From contig CM059432.1 in NCBI GenBank assembly GCA_030390025.1, forward strand, positions 151,468,001 through 151,532,000: a stretch of 64,000 nt of DNA. Direction: 5' to 3'. The stretch comes from Squalus acanthias. Taxonomy: Eukaryota. Positions within the stretch are counted from its first letter, which is position 1, and every line of letters starts with the position of its first letter. The notes below the pieces were generated by a model. The model searched no databases and was not told the origin of the DNA. It worked only from the letters and a program-made list of their open reading frames with translations. This document shows positions 26,615-39,090 of this stretch, piece after piece. Made by a program: the position numbers and the translations under genes.

Positions 26615-28345
26615 CATAAGAACATAAGAAACAGGATTAGGAGTAGGCCATACGGCCCCTCGAGCCTGCTCCGCCATTCAAGAAGATCATGGCTGATCCT
26701 CGACCTTAACTCCACTTTCCAGCCCGATCCCCATATCCCTTGATTCCCCAAGTCCAAAAATCTATCAATCTGAGTCTTGAATATAATCAACAAATGAGCA
26801 TCCACAGCCCTCTGGGGTAGAGATTTTCAAAGATTTACAACCCTCCGACTGAAGAAATCTCTCATTTCAGTCCTAGATGGCCGACCCCTTATCCTGAGAC
26901 TATGCCCCCTAGCTCTGGACTCTCCCACCAGGAGAAATAGCCTCTCAGCATCAACCCTGTCAAGCCCTCTCAGAATCTTATGTTTTAATGAGATCGCCTC
27001 TCATTCTTCGAAACTCCAGAGAATATAGGCCCATTTTACTCAATCTCTCCTTATAGGAGAGCCCTCTCATCCCAGAAATCCATCGAGTGAACCTTCATTA
27101 CACCCCCTCTAAGGCAAGTATATCCTTCCTTAGGTACGGAGACCAAAACTGTGCACAGTACTCCATGTGTAGTCTCACCAAAGCCCTGTACAATTGCAGT
27201 AAGACTTCCTGACTGTTGTACTCCAACCCCCTTGCAATAAAGGCCAACATACCATTTGCCTTCCTAATTGGTTGCTGTACCTGCATGCTAACTTTGTGTT
27301 TCCTGTACGAGGATACCCATATCCCTCTGAACACCAACATTTAATAGTTTCGCACCATTTAAAAAATATTCTGCTCTTCTATGCTTCCTAACAAAGTGAA
27401 TAACTTCACATTTACCCACATTATATTCCATCTGCCAACATCTTGCCCACTCACTTACCCTGTCTGTATCCCTTTACAGGCTTTTTTTTTTAAAAATATT
27501 AATTCATGCGATGTGGGCGGTGCTAGCAAGGCCAGCATTTACTGCCCATCCCTAATTGCCCTCGAGAAGGTGGTGGTGAGCCACTTTCTTGAACTGCTGC
27601 AGTCCGTGTGGTGAAGGTACTCCCACAGTGCTGTTAAGGAGGGAGTTCCAGGATTTTGACCCAGCGACAATGAAGGAACGACGATATTTTTCAAGTCAGG
27701 ATGGTGTGTGACTTGGAGGGGAACTCTGTTGGTGTTCCTCTGCGCCTCCTGCCCTTGTCCTTCTCGGTGGAAGAGGTCGGGGGTTTGGGAGGTGCTGCCG
27801 AAGAAGCTTTGGCGAGTTGCTGCAGTGCACCTTGTAGATGGTACACACTGCAGCCACGGTGTGCCGGTGGTGGAGGGAGTGAATGTTTAAGGTGGTGGAT
27901 GGGGTGCCAATCAAGCGGGCTGCTTTGTCCTGGATGGTGTCGAGCTTCTTGAGTGTTGTTGGAGCTGCACTCATCCAGGAAAGTGGAGAGTATTCCATCA
28001 CACTCCTGAGTTGTGCCTTGCAGATGGTGGAAAGGCTTTCGGGAGTCAGGAGGTGAGATACTCGCCGCAGAATACCCAGCCTCTGACCTGCTCTTGTTGC
28101 CACAGTATGTGTGTGGCTGGTCCAGTTAAGTTTAAAGGTCAATGGTGACCCACAGGATGTTGATGGTGGGGGATTCGGCGACAGTAATGCCATTGAAGGT
28201 CAAGGGGCGGTGGTTAGACTCTCTCTACTCTGTGTCCTCCTCACAGCTTACTTTCCCACCTAGCTTTGTATCGTCAGCAAACTTGCATACATTACACTCG
28301 GTCTCTGCATCAAAGTCATTTTTATAGATTGTAGTCATTAATATA
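26615..28345 (-). mobile_element. CR1 3' region (26615-27485 and 28223-28345) interrupted by a family-B LINE fragment
   Basis: [29 protein letters not shown] resumes at 28223. Confidence 0.85.
27490..28222 (-). mobile_element. LINE family B 3' fragment (CR1/L2 superfamily)
   Basis: RSVMEYSPLSWMSAAPTTLKKLDTIQDKAARLIG; 3' end matches 47700-47883. Confidence 0.85.
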
Positions 28346-28477
28346 AATAGAACCAATCGAATGCAGACTCCACTCACAGGACAGAATTTTGCCCCAGCTA
28401 CTATCCTATGCATTGAGGTGTTAAGCAAAAGAGGCAGAACTTTTTATCAAAGTCAAATCTGCACAGCATCATTTGGA

Positions 28478-30230
28478 TCCTCGAGCCTGCTCCGCCATTC
28501 AATAAGATCATGGCTGATCCAATCTTGGCCTCAACTCCACTTTCCCGCCCGCTCCCCATAACCCTCGACTCCCCTGTAGCTCACATATCTGTCTATCTCC
28601 GCCTTAAATATATTCAATGACTCTACCCTAGGGAGCTGTGGAGGCAGAGAATTCCAAAGATTCACTACCCTCAGAAGAAATTCCTCCTCATCTCAGTTTT
28701 AAATGGGCGACCCTTATTCTGAAACTATGTCCCCGAGTTCTAGATTCCCCCACGAGGGGAAACATCCTCCCTGCATCTACCTGGTCAAGCCCCCTCAGAA
28801 TCTTATGTTTCAATATCACCTCTCATTCTTCTAAACTCCAATGAGTATAGGCCTAACCTGCTCAACCTTTCTTCATAAGACAACCCCTTCATCTCAGGAA
28901 TCAACCAAGTGAACCTCTCTGAACTGCCTCCAATGAAAGCATATCCCTCCTTAAATAAAGGAGACCAAAACTGCACGCAGCACTCCAGATGTGGTCTCAC
29001 CAACGCCCTGTACAGTTGTAACAGGACTTCCCTACTTTTATACTCTATCCCCCTTGCAATAAGGGCCAACATTTCATTTGCTTTCCTAATTACTTGCTGT
29101 ACCTGCATGCTAACTTTTTGTGTTTCATGTATGAGGACCCCCAGATCCCTCTGTACCGCAGCATTTTTTAGTCTCTCCATTTAAATAATAATTTGCTTTT
29201 TTATTCTTCCTACCAAAGTGGATAACCTCACATTTTCCCACATTATACTCCATCTGACAAATTTTTGCCCACTCACTTAACCTGTCTATATCCCTTTGCA
29301 GACTCACAACTTGCTTTCCCACCTATCTTTGTATCAGCAGCAAATTTGGCTACAGTATACTCGGTCCCTTCATTCAAGTCATTAATACAGATTGTAAATA
29401 GTTGAGACCCCAGCACTGATCCCTGTGGCACCCCACTAGTTACAACCTGAAAATGACCCATTTATCCCGACTCTCTTTTCTGTTAGTTAGCCAATTCTCT
29501 AGCCATGCTAATATATTACCCCCAACCCCGTGAGCTCTTATCTTGTGCAGTAACCTTTTATATGGCACCTTATCGAATGCCTTCTGGAAATCCAAACACA
29601 CGACAACTACTGGTTCCCTTTTATCCACCCTGCTCCTCAAAGAACTCTAGCAAATTTGTCATGGTGACTCTGCTTGATTGTATTATGATTTCCTAAATGT
29701 CCTATTACTTCCTTAAAAATGGATTCCAGCATTTTCCCAATGACAGATGTTAGGCTAACTGGCCTTCAGTTTCCTGCTTTCCGTCTCCCTCCTTTCTTAA
29801 ATAGGGGCGTTACATTTGCGGTTTTCCAATCCGCTGGGACCTCTCCAGAATCCAGGGAATTTTGGTAGATTACAACCAACGCAGCCACTATCTCTGCAGC
29901 CACTTCCTTTAAGACCCTAGGATGCAGGCCATCAGGTCCAGGGGACTTGTCAGCCTTTAGTCCCATCAGTTTGCCTAGCACTTTTTCTCTAGTGTTAGTG
30001 ATTGTTTTAAGTTCCTCCCTCCCTATAGCCCCTTGATTATCAATTATTATTGGGATGCTTTTCGTGTCTTCTACCGTGAAGACCGATACAAAATATTTGT
30101 TCAAAGTCTCTGCCATTTCCCTGTTTCCCATTATTAATTCCCCAGTCTCATCCTCCAAGGGACCAACATTTACTTTAGCTACTCTCTCCCTTTTTATATA
30201 CTTGTAGAAGCTCTTACTGTTGGTTTTTAA
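28478..30230 (-). mobile_element. CR1 LINE, 5'-truncated
   Basis: [46 protein letters not shown]. Confidence 0.9.
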
Positions 30231-32159
30231 AGGTCTAAAAGAAGCCCTCCGTCAAAGATTTGTCTTGTACTGGTTGTTGGTGGAAATTCTCAAAATTCAC
30301 CCCAAACTTCAGCCATTTTGGAGCTCAGGAACTTACCAGACTAGCACTTTGGCAGAGCAGTGGAAAGAAGCTCAATCATCCAGTGGAGAATAAATGTGAT
30401 ACTGAATTTAACTACTCTGGATGTTAATATGAAAATAAATTGTACCAGCAGTAGAGTACATATTCATCCTTTGTATAGGATTCTCTAATAATCAAGGTCT
30501 TTGAATACAGGTCTTTGAAGTAGACAGCTGTGTGCAAATTTGTTAGTCAGATCACCTAGTTAAAATTGTGAACATCTCTTTCAAGTTAATGATTAACTTA
30601 GGACCCCCAAATTCAGACACTGTCAAATTTTCTGGTCCTTTTTGGAAATGTGAAGTAATAGAAGCAAAATTCTGGAATTTCCTTGTCCAATTCTTTTCTG
30701 CAGGAATAACGAGTACATTCACAAGTAAGAAGCTCTCTATTCTCCACAGAATCCGGAGATGAACACTCATTATTAGAAGAAAACCAATAAATGTGTGACC
30801 ATAGCCATCCCCGTTTCCACTGCCCTTAACCCCTTTTAGAAGCAGTCCTCCATTGAGTTTCCGCCATTTTTAGGGTGATTATGACCATATGACTGTTTGG
30901 TGACAAGGGGGAGCCTGGGGCAGAGAGCTGCCCATTACTGTCACCTTGCTGCTGCTCACTCCAACCTTGAGTGCCTAGGGAAATAATCCTTGGTTGGACA
31001 CAGGTGTCACTTCTGAGATGACTTTTAAAAAGCTTTCTAAGTGCTTCTTAAAGCTATCTGGTGCCAACCATCTGTTCACTAAACACATATCTTCCAAGCA
31101 CCCTATCAGCACTTTGCAAAGAAAAACCCAATGCCCTACACAGGCATATTTATAGAAAATACTAGCCTGAGCCAAGATCATGGCTCTGTTACCCAGGTTA
31201 TTGTTGCCAGCTGCTACAGCAGCTTGGCTGTCTGGACAACAATATATATTAACCTGTATTTTGCTCCTACGGACAGTGACAAGAGTCCATTTATCATCAG
31301 TGCACAATTTCACATGACAGCTAGCCATTTATATCTGCAGAATGCCCCCTCATGTAGAATCTTCCCCTATTTGATGCAGCTTTTCAGATTCCTGCTCAGG
31401 AGAGGGGGTAGAAGTCTTGCCCTGTATAGGCAAGTTCTCATACTTTGCTTTGACGTGATACAAGGGGGATTCCGACTTCAAGACAGTTATTTCAACTGCA
31501 CGAGAAGCATGTAACGCTCATCAGGCCTCAGAACTACAGAGCTCATTGGTACAGATAGTCCGAAATAATCTTTGTGGCTGCTTGCACTGCAAGATGTCTG
31601 CCATGCTCAAACATCGGCCAGTTTTAAGAAATAATTCTTGATAGCACCGTAGTGCTTAAGAATTTGAATTAACAGTTCTAACATTGTATTCAACATAGAC
31701 GATGTGGGCACGTCCCAGAACAAGGGAGTGATGGACTCTAGTATGCTGTACCTGATCACAGGGACGGACTGGCTATATGGGAATTCGGGTGATACCGAGT
31801 GTACCAGTGAATGGTTCCATTGTGCTGTATTACTGGCACCTTTCTTTTTTTCACGAGAACTGCTAAGAAGCCTGTGCCCTTTCGGGGGAGCCAGTACGCC
31901 CTGCCTCGACAGCATAATCTTTCACTTCATCAGATTAAGTTAAAACAGGTGGAGCTACAACAGATGATGCTGAAAACCCTGAAGCCCAGTTCCGGGGCAG
32001 GATCAACATCAGGCTGGTGGCTTGATGCGGCGGAGCAAAAATGTTTTAAAACAATTTGAGCAATATTTGAGCGACATTTAGTTGCTATTTCCAACAATTC
32101 AGGATTTGGCAGTCAGTCTCGTTTCCTCTCTTTGTCTGTTTGTATGTAGGTCAAAACAA

Positions 32160-32562
32160 CAACTCATTTATATAGCACCTTTAACAAAGTAAAGCATCCC
32201 AAAGTGCTTCACAGGAGCATAATCAGACAAAAAATTGACACCGAGCCACAGCAGGAGACATCAGAACAGTTGCTGAAAGAGGTAGGTTTTAAGGAGCGTC
32301 AAAGGTGGAGAGGCGGAGAGGTTTTGGGAGGGAATTCCAGAGCTTAGTATCTAGACGGCTAAAGGCACAGTCGTCAACGACGGTGGGTGCACAGGAGGCC
32401 AGAGTTAGAGGAACGCAGACCTCTCTGAGCTTAGAGATAAGGAGGGGTGAGGCTGTGGAGGGATTTAAACACGAGGATGAGATTTTTAAAACCGAGGCAT
32501 TGGTGGATCAGATCAGCGAGTAAAGGGGTGATGGGTGAATGGGACTTGGAGAGAGTTAGGAT
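32160..32562 (-). mobile_element. L2 LINE 3' end
   Basis: catttatatagcacctttaac... terminus; homologous to 41100-41560. Confidence 0.7.
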
Positions 32563-32650
32563 ACCTGAAACATTAACTTTGTTTCTCTCTCCACAGTGCT
32601 ACCTGACCTGCTGAGTATTTCCAGCATTTTCTGTTTTTATTTCAGATTTA
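32563..32650 (+). mobile_element. Penelope-like terminal fragment
   Basis: cctgaaacattaactttgtttctctctccacag...ctgctgagtatttccagcattttctgtttttatttcagattt. Confidence 0.6.
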
Positions 32651-32654
32651 TTTT

Positions 32655-35600
32655 TTATTAGGGATGGGCATTTATTGCCCTCGAGAAGATGGTGGTGAGC
32701 CGCCTTCTTGAACTGCTGCAGTCCGTGTGAAGGTACTCCCACAGTGCTGTTAGGTAGGGAGTTCCAGGATTTTGACCCAGCGACGATGAAGGATCGGCGA
32801 TCTACTTCTAAGTCAGGATGGTGTTCCATGCCCTTGTCCTTCTAGGTGGTAGAGGTCGCGTGTTTGGAAGGTGCTGCCGAAGAAGCCTTGGCGAGTTGCT
32901 GCAGTGCATCTTGTAGATGGTACACACTGCAGTCACGGTGGTGGAGGGAGTGAATGTTTAAGGTGGTGGATGGGTTGCCAATCAAACTGGCTGCTTTGTC
33001 CTGGATGGTGTCGAGCTTCTTGAGTGTTGTTGGAGCTGCACTCATCCAGGCAAGTGGAGAGTATTCCATCACACTCCTGACTTGTGCCTTGTAGCTGGTG
33101 AAAAAGCTTTGGGGAGTCAGGAGGTGAGACACTCACGGCAGAATACCTAGCCTCTGACCTGCTCTTGTTGCCACAGTATTTATGTGGCTGGTCCAGTTAA
33201 GTTTCTGGTCAATGGTGTCCCCCCAGGATGTCGATGGTGGGGGATTCGGCAATGGTAATGCCGCTGAATGTCAAGGGGAGGTGGTTAGACTCTCGCTTGT
33301 TGGAGATAGTCATTGCCTGGCACTTCTGTGGCACGAATGCACCTGCCATTTATCAGCCCAAGTCTGAACGTTGTCCAGGTCTTGTTGCATACGGGCATGG
33401 ACTGCTTCATTATCTGAGGAGTTGTGAATGGTGCTGAACACTGTGCAGTCATCAGCGAACATCCCCACTACTGACCTTATGTTGGAGTGAAGGTCATTGA
33501 TGAAGCAGCTGAAGATGGTTGGGCCTAGGACACTGCCCTGAGGATGTGATGATTGACCTTCAACCACCACAACCATCTTCCTTTGTACCAGGTATGACTC
33601 CAGCCAGTGGAGCATTTTCCCCCCCATTCCCATTGACTTCAGTTTTACTAGGGCTCCTTGATGCCGCACTCAGTCAAATGCTTCCTTGATGTCAAGAGCA
33701 GTCACTCACCTCACCTCTGGAATTCAGCTCCTTTGTCCATGTTTGGACCAAGGCTGCAACGAGGTCAGGAACCAAGTGGGCTTGGCAGAACCCAAACTGG
33801 GCATCAGTGAGCAGGTTATTGGTGAGTAAGTGCCACTTGATAGCACTGTCGATGACGCCTTCCATCGCTTTGCTGATGATTGAGAGTAGACTGATGGGGC
33901 GGTAATTGGCCGGGTTGGATTTGTCCTGCTTTTTGTGGACAGGACATACCTGGGCAGTTTTCCACATTGTCGGATAGATGTCAGTGTTGTAGCTGTACTG
34001 GAACAGCTTGGCTAGAGGCGCAGTTAGTTCTGGAGCAGAAGTCTTCAGCAAGATAGCCGGAATGTTGTCGAGGCCCATAGCCTTTACTGTATCCAGTGTG
34101 CTCAGCCGTTTCTTGATATCACGTGGAGTGAATCAAATTGGCTGAAAACTTTCTTCTGTGATGGTGGGTCCTCAGGAGTAGGCCAATATGAATCATCCAC
34201 TTGGCACTTCTGGCTGAAGTTGGTTGCAAATGCTTCAGACGTGTCTTTTGCACTCACGTGCTGGGGCTCCACCATCATTGAGGTTGGGGATATTCTTGGA
34301 GCCTCCTCCTCCAGTTAGTTGTTTAATGGTCCACATCCATTCACGACTGGATGTGGCAGGACTGCAGAGCTTTGATCTGATCCATTGATTGGGGGAAATC
34401 GCTTAGCCTTGTCTATATCATGCTGCTTCCGCTTTTTAGGCATGTATGTAGTCCTGTGTTGCCGCTTCCCCAGGTTGGCACCTCATTTTTAGGTACGCCT
34501 GGTGCTGCTCCTGGCATGCTCTTCTACACTCCTTATTGAACCAGGCCTTATCAGTCCCCTGGCTTGATGGCAATGGTAGAGTGAGGGATATGCCAGGCCA
34601 TGAGTTTACAGATTGTGGTGGAATACAATTCTCCTGCTGCTGATGGCCCACAGCGCCTCATGGAGGCCCAGTTTTGAGCTGCGAGATCTGTTCTGAATCT
34701 ATCCCATTTAGCACGGTGGTAGCGCCACACAACACGATGGAGAGTGTCCTCAGTATGAAGACGGGACTTCGCCTCCACAATGACTGTGCACTGGTCACTG
34801 CTACCAATACGGTCATGGACAGATCCATCTGCGACAGGTAGATTGGTGAGGACGAGATCAAGGTTTTTCCCTCGTGTTGGTTCTCTCACCACCTGCAGGC
34901 CCAGACTGGCAGCTATGTCCTTCAGGACTCAGCCAGCTCGGTCAGTAGTGGTGCTACCGAGCCACTCTTGGTGATGGACATTGAAGTCCCCCACCCAGAG
35001 TACATTCTGTGCCCTTGCTACTCTGTGTTTCTTCCAAGTGGCGTTCAACATGGAGGAGTACTGATTCATCAGCTGAGGGAGGGCGGTAGGTGGTAATCAG
35101 CAGGAGGTTTCCTTGCTTGAGACTTCATGGAGTCCGGAGTAAATGTTGAGGACTCCCAGGGCCACTCCTTCCCAACTGTATTCCACTGTGCCGCCACCCC
35201 ATATTGGCTGAAAGGTATGATTGTGAGTATGACTATGTCAGGCTGTTGCTTGACTAGTCTGTGGGACAGCTCTCCCAATTTTGGCACAAGTCCCCAGATG
35301 TTGGCGAGGAGGAATTTGCAGGGTCGACTGGGCTGGGTGTGTCATTGCCGTGTCCATAGCCGGTGCCGAGGTCGATGCCGGGTGGTCCGTCCGGTTCCAT
35401 TCTTATTTTCGTAGCAGTTTGTTACAACTGAGTGGCTTTTTTAGGCCATTTCAGAGGGCAGTTAAGATTCAACTACATTGCAGATTTCCTTCCCTAAAAG
35501 GACATTAGCGAACCAGATGGATTTTTATGACAATCCGATAGTTTCACAGTTACCATTACTGATACTAGCTTTTTATTCCAGATAAAATTAACTGAATTTA

Positions 35601-35703
35601 AATTCCCCAGCTGCCGTGGTGGGATTTGAACTCACGTCTCGATCATTAGTCCAGGCCTCTGGATTACTAGCCCAGTGACATTACCACTACGCTACCATCC
35701 CCC
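32655..35703 (-). mobile_element. Near full-length LINE family B: tRNA-derived head, short body, APE endonuclease-RT frame (decayed), 3' tail
   Basis: A box TAGCGTAGTGG and B box GTTCAAATCC at 35612-35700; EN N-terminus NIWGLVPKLGELSHRLVKQQPDIVILT; RT NYRPISLLS, PQGSVLGP, MFADD, EYSPLAW. Confidence 0.85.
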
Positions 35704-35754
35704 ATCTAGCTCTAGGAGAGCTTTTGGGAAGCAGCGATCACAATATTAGGTTTG

Positions 35755-36043
35755 GAGGACACAGATTTGATAATTGGCAAAAGAACCAGAGGGGAGATGA
35801 GGAGATTTTTTTTTTTTTTTTTACGCAGCGAGTTATGATCTGGATCCACTGCCTGAAAGGGTGGTGGAAGCAAATTCAATAGTAACTTTCAAGAGGGAAG
35901 TGGATAAATAGTTGAACGGGAAAAAATTGCAGGGCTAAGTGGAAAGAGCAGGAGAGTGGGACTAATTGGATAGCTCTTTCAAAGAGCCGGCGTAGACACG
36001 ATGGCCCGAATCACCTCCTTCTGTGCTGTAAGATTCTATGACT
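35755..36043 (+). mobile_element. CR1 3' UTR fragment
   Basis: ggacacagattt...ctccttctgtgctgtaagattctatgactcta; same as 52990-53292. Confidence 0.8.
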
Positions 36044-36343
36044 CTAAGTTTGCACCCCTGGGACTTGAGGGAGTGAAGATGGGGACCACAGCCAGGGGGA
36101 TTGACCAAGATGGGTGAGAGTAAAAGGTACAAGGGCATCAAGGGTGGAGGTGAGTAAGTAGCTCAGATTGAAATCACAAAGGATGAGGGGTCGCTCAGTG
36201 CAGAGGCTAAGAGGGAAAAGGAAGAATATCTGGGAGAAACTTGGGATGGGGCTTGGTGGCAATAGAGAGTGAGGCTACAATCAAAAATAACATGAAAAAT
36301 GAAAAATTTAACAACAGGTTTGGCAACAGTGAAGTCTGCTTAC

Positions 36344-36471
36344 CTGGTAATACTTTGCTGCTGCTTTCAACCCTTCATCATTCTCCAGATTCTGCTCTGC
36401 TGCAATTTGACTGGCTAGAGCTCCAATATTAAACAGTACACAGCTCTTTTCATATCCCAAACTCGCAAGGG
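36344..36471 (-). CDS. PDCD6IP: PDCD6IP exon 4: (A)LASLGYEKSCVLFNIGALASQIAAEQNLENDEGLKAAAKYYQ
   Basis: gattacag|CCCTTGCG...TATTACCAG|gtaagc; 128 nt; phase matches exons 3 and 5; typical Bro1 YEKxxVLFN motif. Confidence 0.98.
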
Positions 36472-36602
36472 CTGTAATCAAATGGAAGAAGTTATAAAAA
36501 CACAGTAGCTAAAATCCTCCACAATGATCACTCAGTTTTTGGGTATTGTACAGCTAAGAAATTTTACAAGAAGCTAGTTTGAGAGACAATAATCAAATCT
36601 TT

Positions 36603-37167
36603 GGAACATAGGAACATTTAGCCCCTCAAGCCTGTTCCGCCATTCAATGGGATCATGGCTGATCTGTGACCCAACTCCAGATACCCGCCTTTGTCCCATA
36701 TCTCTGAATATCTTTGGTTTAACAAAAAAACTTTCAATCCCAGATTTAAAATTAACAATGGACCTAGCATCAATTGCCGTCTGCGGAAGAGAGTTCCAAA
36801 CTTCGATCACCCTTTGCGTTTCCTAACTTCGCTCCTCAAAGGCCCGGCTCCAATTTTTAGACTCTGCCCCCTAGTCCTAGACTCCCCAACCAGCGGAAAT
36901 AGTTTCTCTCTATCTACCCTATCTGTTCCCCTTAATCTTCTAAATTCCAGGGACTACAACCCTATTTTGCGTAATCTCTCCTCATAATTTAACCCTTGGA
37001 GTTCAGGTATCATTCTGGTAAACCTGTGCTGCACTCCCTCCAAGGCCAACATATCCTTCCAGCATTCCATTAGCCTTTTTAATTATTTTCTGTACCTGTC
37101 CATGACATTTTAATGATCTATGTACCTGGAGCACACCCCAAGTCTCTTTGGACCGCCACTGTTTCTA
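36603..37167 (-). mobile_element. CR1 3' end fragment
   Basis: Colinear with 2140-2850 (ggaacataggaac tail, VWNSLP peptide). Confidence 0.8.
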
Positions 37168-37364
37168 GCATTCTGGAATTTTCTTCCAAAAACCCCTCTT
37201 GGACCACACTTTTAAGTTACTTGATCTTGCTCGGTGTCTGTTCCCGTCTCCCCTCTCTATCCTCCACCACCATGAAAAACCGTAAGATGTTTTGATACAC
37301 TGAGGCACAAAGTGCAAGTTGCTGTACTTAGAATATTTAATTCAATGTCAAATCAGGTACAGAA

Positions 37365-37367
<3 letters not shown>

Positions 37368-37410
<43 letters not shown>
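37368..37410. repeat. (AG)n microsatellite
   Basis: Direct observation. Confidence 0.95.
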
Positions 37411-37412
<2 letters not shown>

Positions 37413-38048
37413 TTTTTTTTTGCATCCAAGTTCTCTAACAGCAAAGGCCATGCAGTCTCTGAAGACATTCAATGCAGCAGCATCAGAGGCGACTTTAACA
37501 CCTAATCACAATACTTCTACTACTACCTTCATCACATCTCCGTTGTAATAGTGGACCTGCAGCTGATAGTCAGCTATCCACTTGTGCTCCCGCCAGGTTT
37601 CACTGGAGTGTTTCACATCAGGCGTACTTCACGTCGGAAAAGGGTTAAACTAGCTAAAACGTTTCAAAATGGCATTACAGAGCCAATTTAAGGCTTGTTA
37701 AGGGCTCTTGGAGGCGGGAACCCCGTGACTGATTGTCAAAATTGCGTGGAGTCGGGATGGGGTCGGGACCCCCGACCCCGCAAATTTAACCCCCCCACAC
37801 GCCTCCAAACCCGACTCCATGGGTCATTCAAAATCCAGCCCAAAGTCTGCCTCCAGGAAAGAGCAAGAGGAGATGGGAAGGTACATAGGAAAAGACACCA
37901 GGTGCAGGGGAAGGGTGGTGATAGATGGGACAGAGCAGGAGAGAAATAATTGGAGTGGAAGAGATGGAGAATAAAAAAAAGTTAAGGGAGCAAAGATTTG
38001 TTTTTAGTTTTGTCCCTAGGCAATACCATGATAAAAACAAGTACTTAC

Positions 38049-38118
38049 CAAGCTTAACAGATCCTCCAAACAGAGATCCTTTATCAAATGCATCTTTCCA
38101 GGTGAAAGTTAAACAAAG
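38049..38118 (-). CDS. PDCD6IP: PDCD6IP exon 3: LCLTFTWKDAFDKGSLFGGSVKL(A), includes the Phe105 loop
   Basis: ttttttaaag|CTTTGT...AAGCTTG|gtaagt; 70 nt; near-identical to human ALIX; lies within ORF 37828..38154. Confidence 0.98.
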
Positions 38119-38654
38119 CTTTAAAAAAAGAAAAAAAACCTCATTAAGTCTCAAATTGTCAGATTTCTTGCACTATCAACTCTAAAAATTAAAAACTTCT
38201 CTTGTCTGCACTACCATTTAGACACATTTTTATATGTGACTGCATTACCAGTGAAGTTGCCCCATTACTTAACGTGTTCCACACTGGATACACTCACTTC
38301 AATACTTAACTGCATGAATTATCAGACCATGCTCTCAACAAATGATGGGTGGGGGTAACTGGGGGGGGGGGGGGGGGGGGGGAAGTCAGCTAAACCAAAG
38401 AATATAAAGTTGCCTCAATAGCATAGACATTTTTTTCTCCTGAAAGCCCTTTGTTGGGTATGAAGATCAAATAATTTTTGTAAAACACCATCATTGGTGC
38501 AATATCATGAATTTCCCGACAGCAAACTAAATAAAACTTCATATCAATTTATTGAGAATTGTGTTATCTAGAGGATGCATAATGTAGAACATTTGAACTG
38601 CCTGAGATCCAATAATCAACAAGTGAAAATTATTAACTCTAGACCAGAAGTATT

Positions 38655-39090
38655 CGCTCAAACTCTGCTGCCCAGATCCTGAACCGCAACAAGTCCCGCT
38701 CACCATCCCCCTTGTGCTCTTTCTATTGGGGTCCACCAATGCCTCAAATTCAAAATTCTCATCCTTGTGTTCAAATCCCACCAAGAACCCTTCCTATCGA
38801 TGTAACCTCCGACAGCCCTACAACCCTCCAACTCTAGCCTCCGGCGCATCCCCCACTCCCTTCACCCCGGTTGTGCCTTCAACCATCTGGGCCCTAATCT
38901 CTGGAATTCTCTCCCTAAACCTCTTCTTTCTTTGAAGAATCTCCTTTAAACCTGCCTCTTTGACGAAGCTTTAGTAAGCCTGCCTAATATCTCCTTCTTT
39001 GGCTCGGTGACAAATTTTGTCCAATTGCGCTTCTGTGAAGCACCTTGGAACATTTTCCGACGGTAAAGGTGCTATTTAAATGCAGGTTAT
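38655..39090 (+). mobile_element. L2 LINE 3' end
   Basis: aattcaaaattctcatccttgtgttcaaatcc...aaaggtgctatttaaatgcag. Confidence 0.7.

Noticed and set aside
37690..37842. GC-rich piece ending aaaatccagccc, and a similar patch at 39570-39740
   Set aside because: Probably single ends of DNA transposons, but no paired termini to support a call.
38345..38383. G-run with G-quadruplex potential near exon 3 (also 6885-6915)
   Set aside because: Simple homopolymers with unreliable length, on the antisense strand; no supporting evidence of function.
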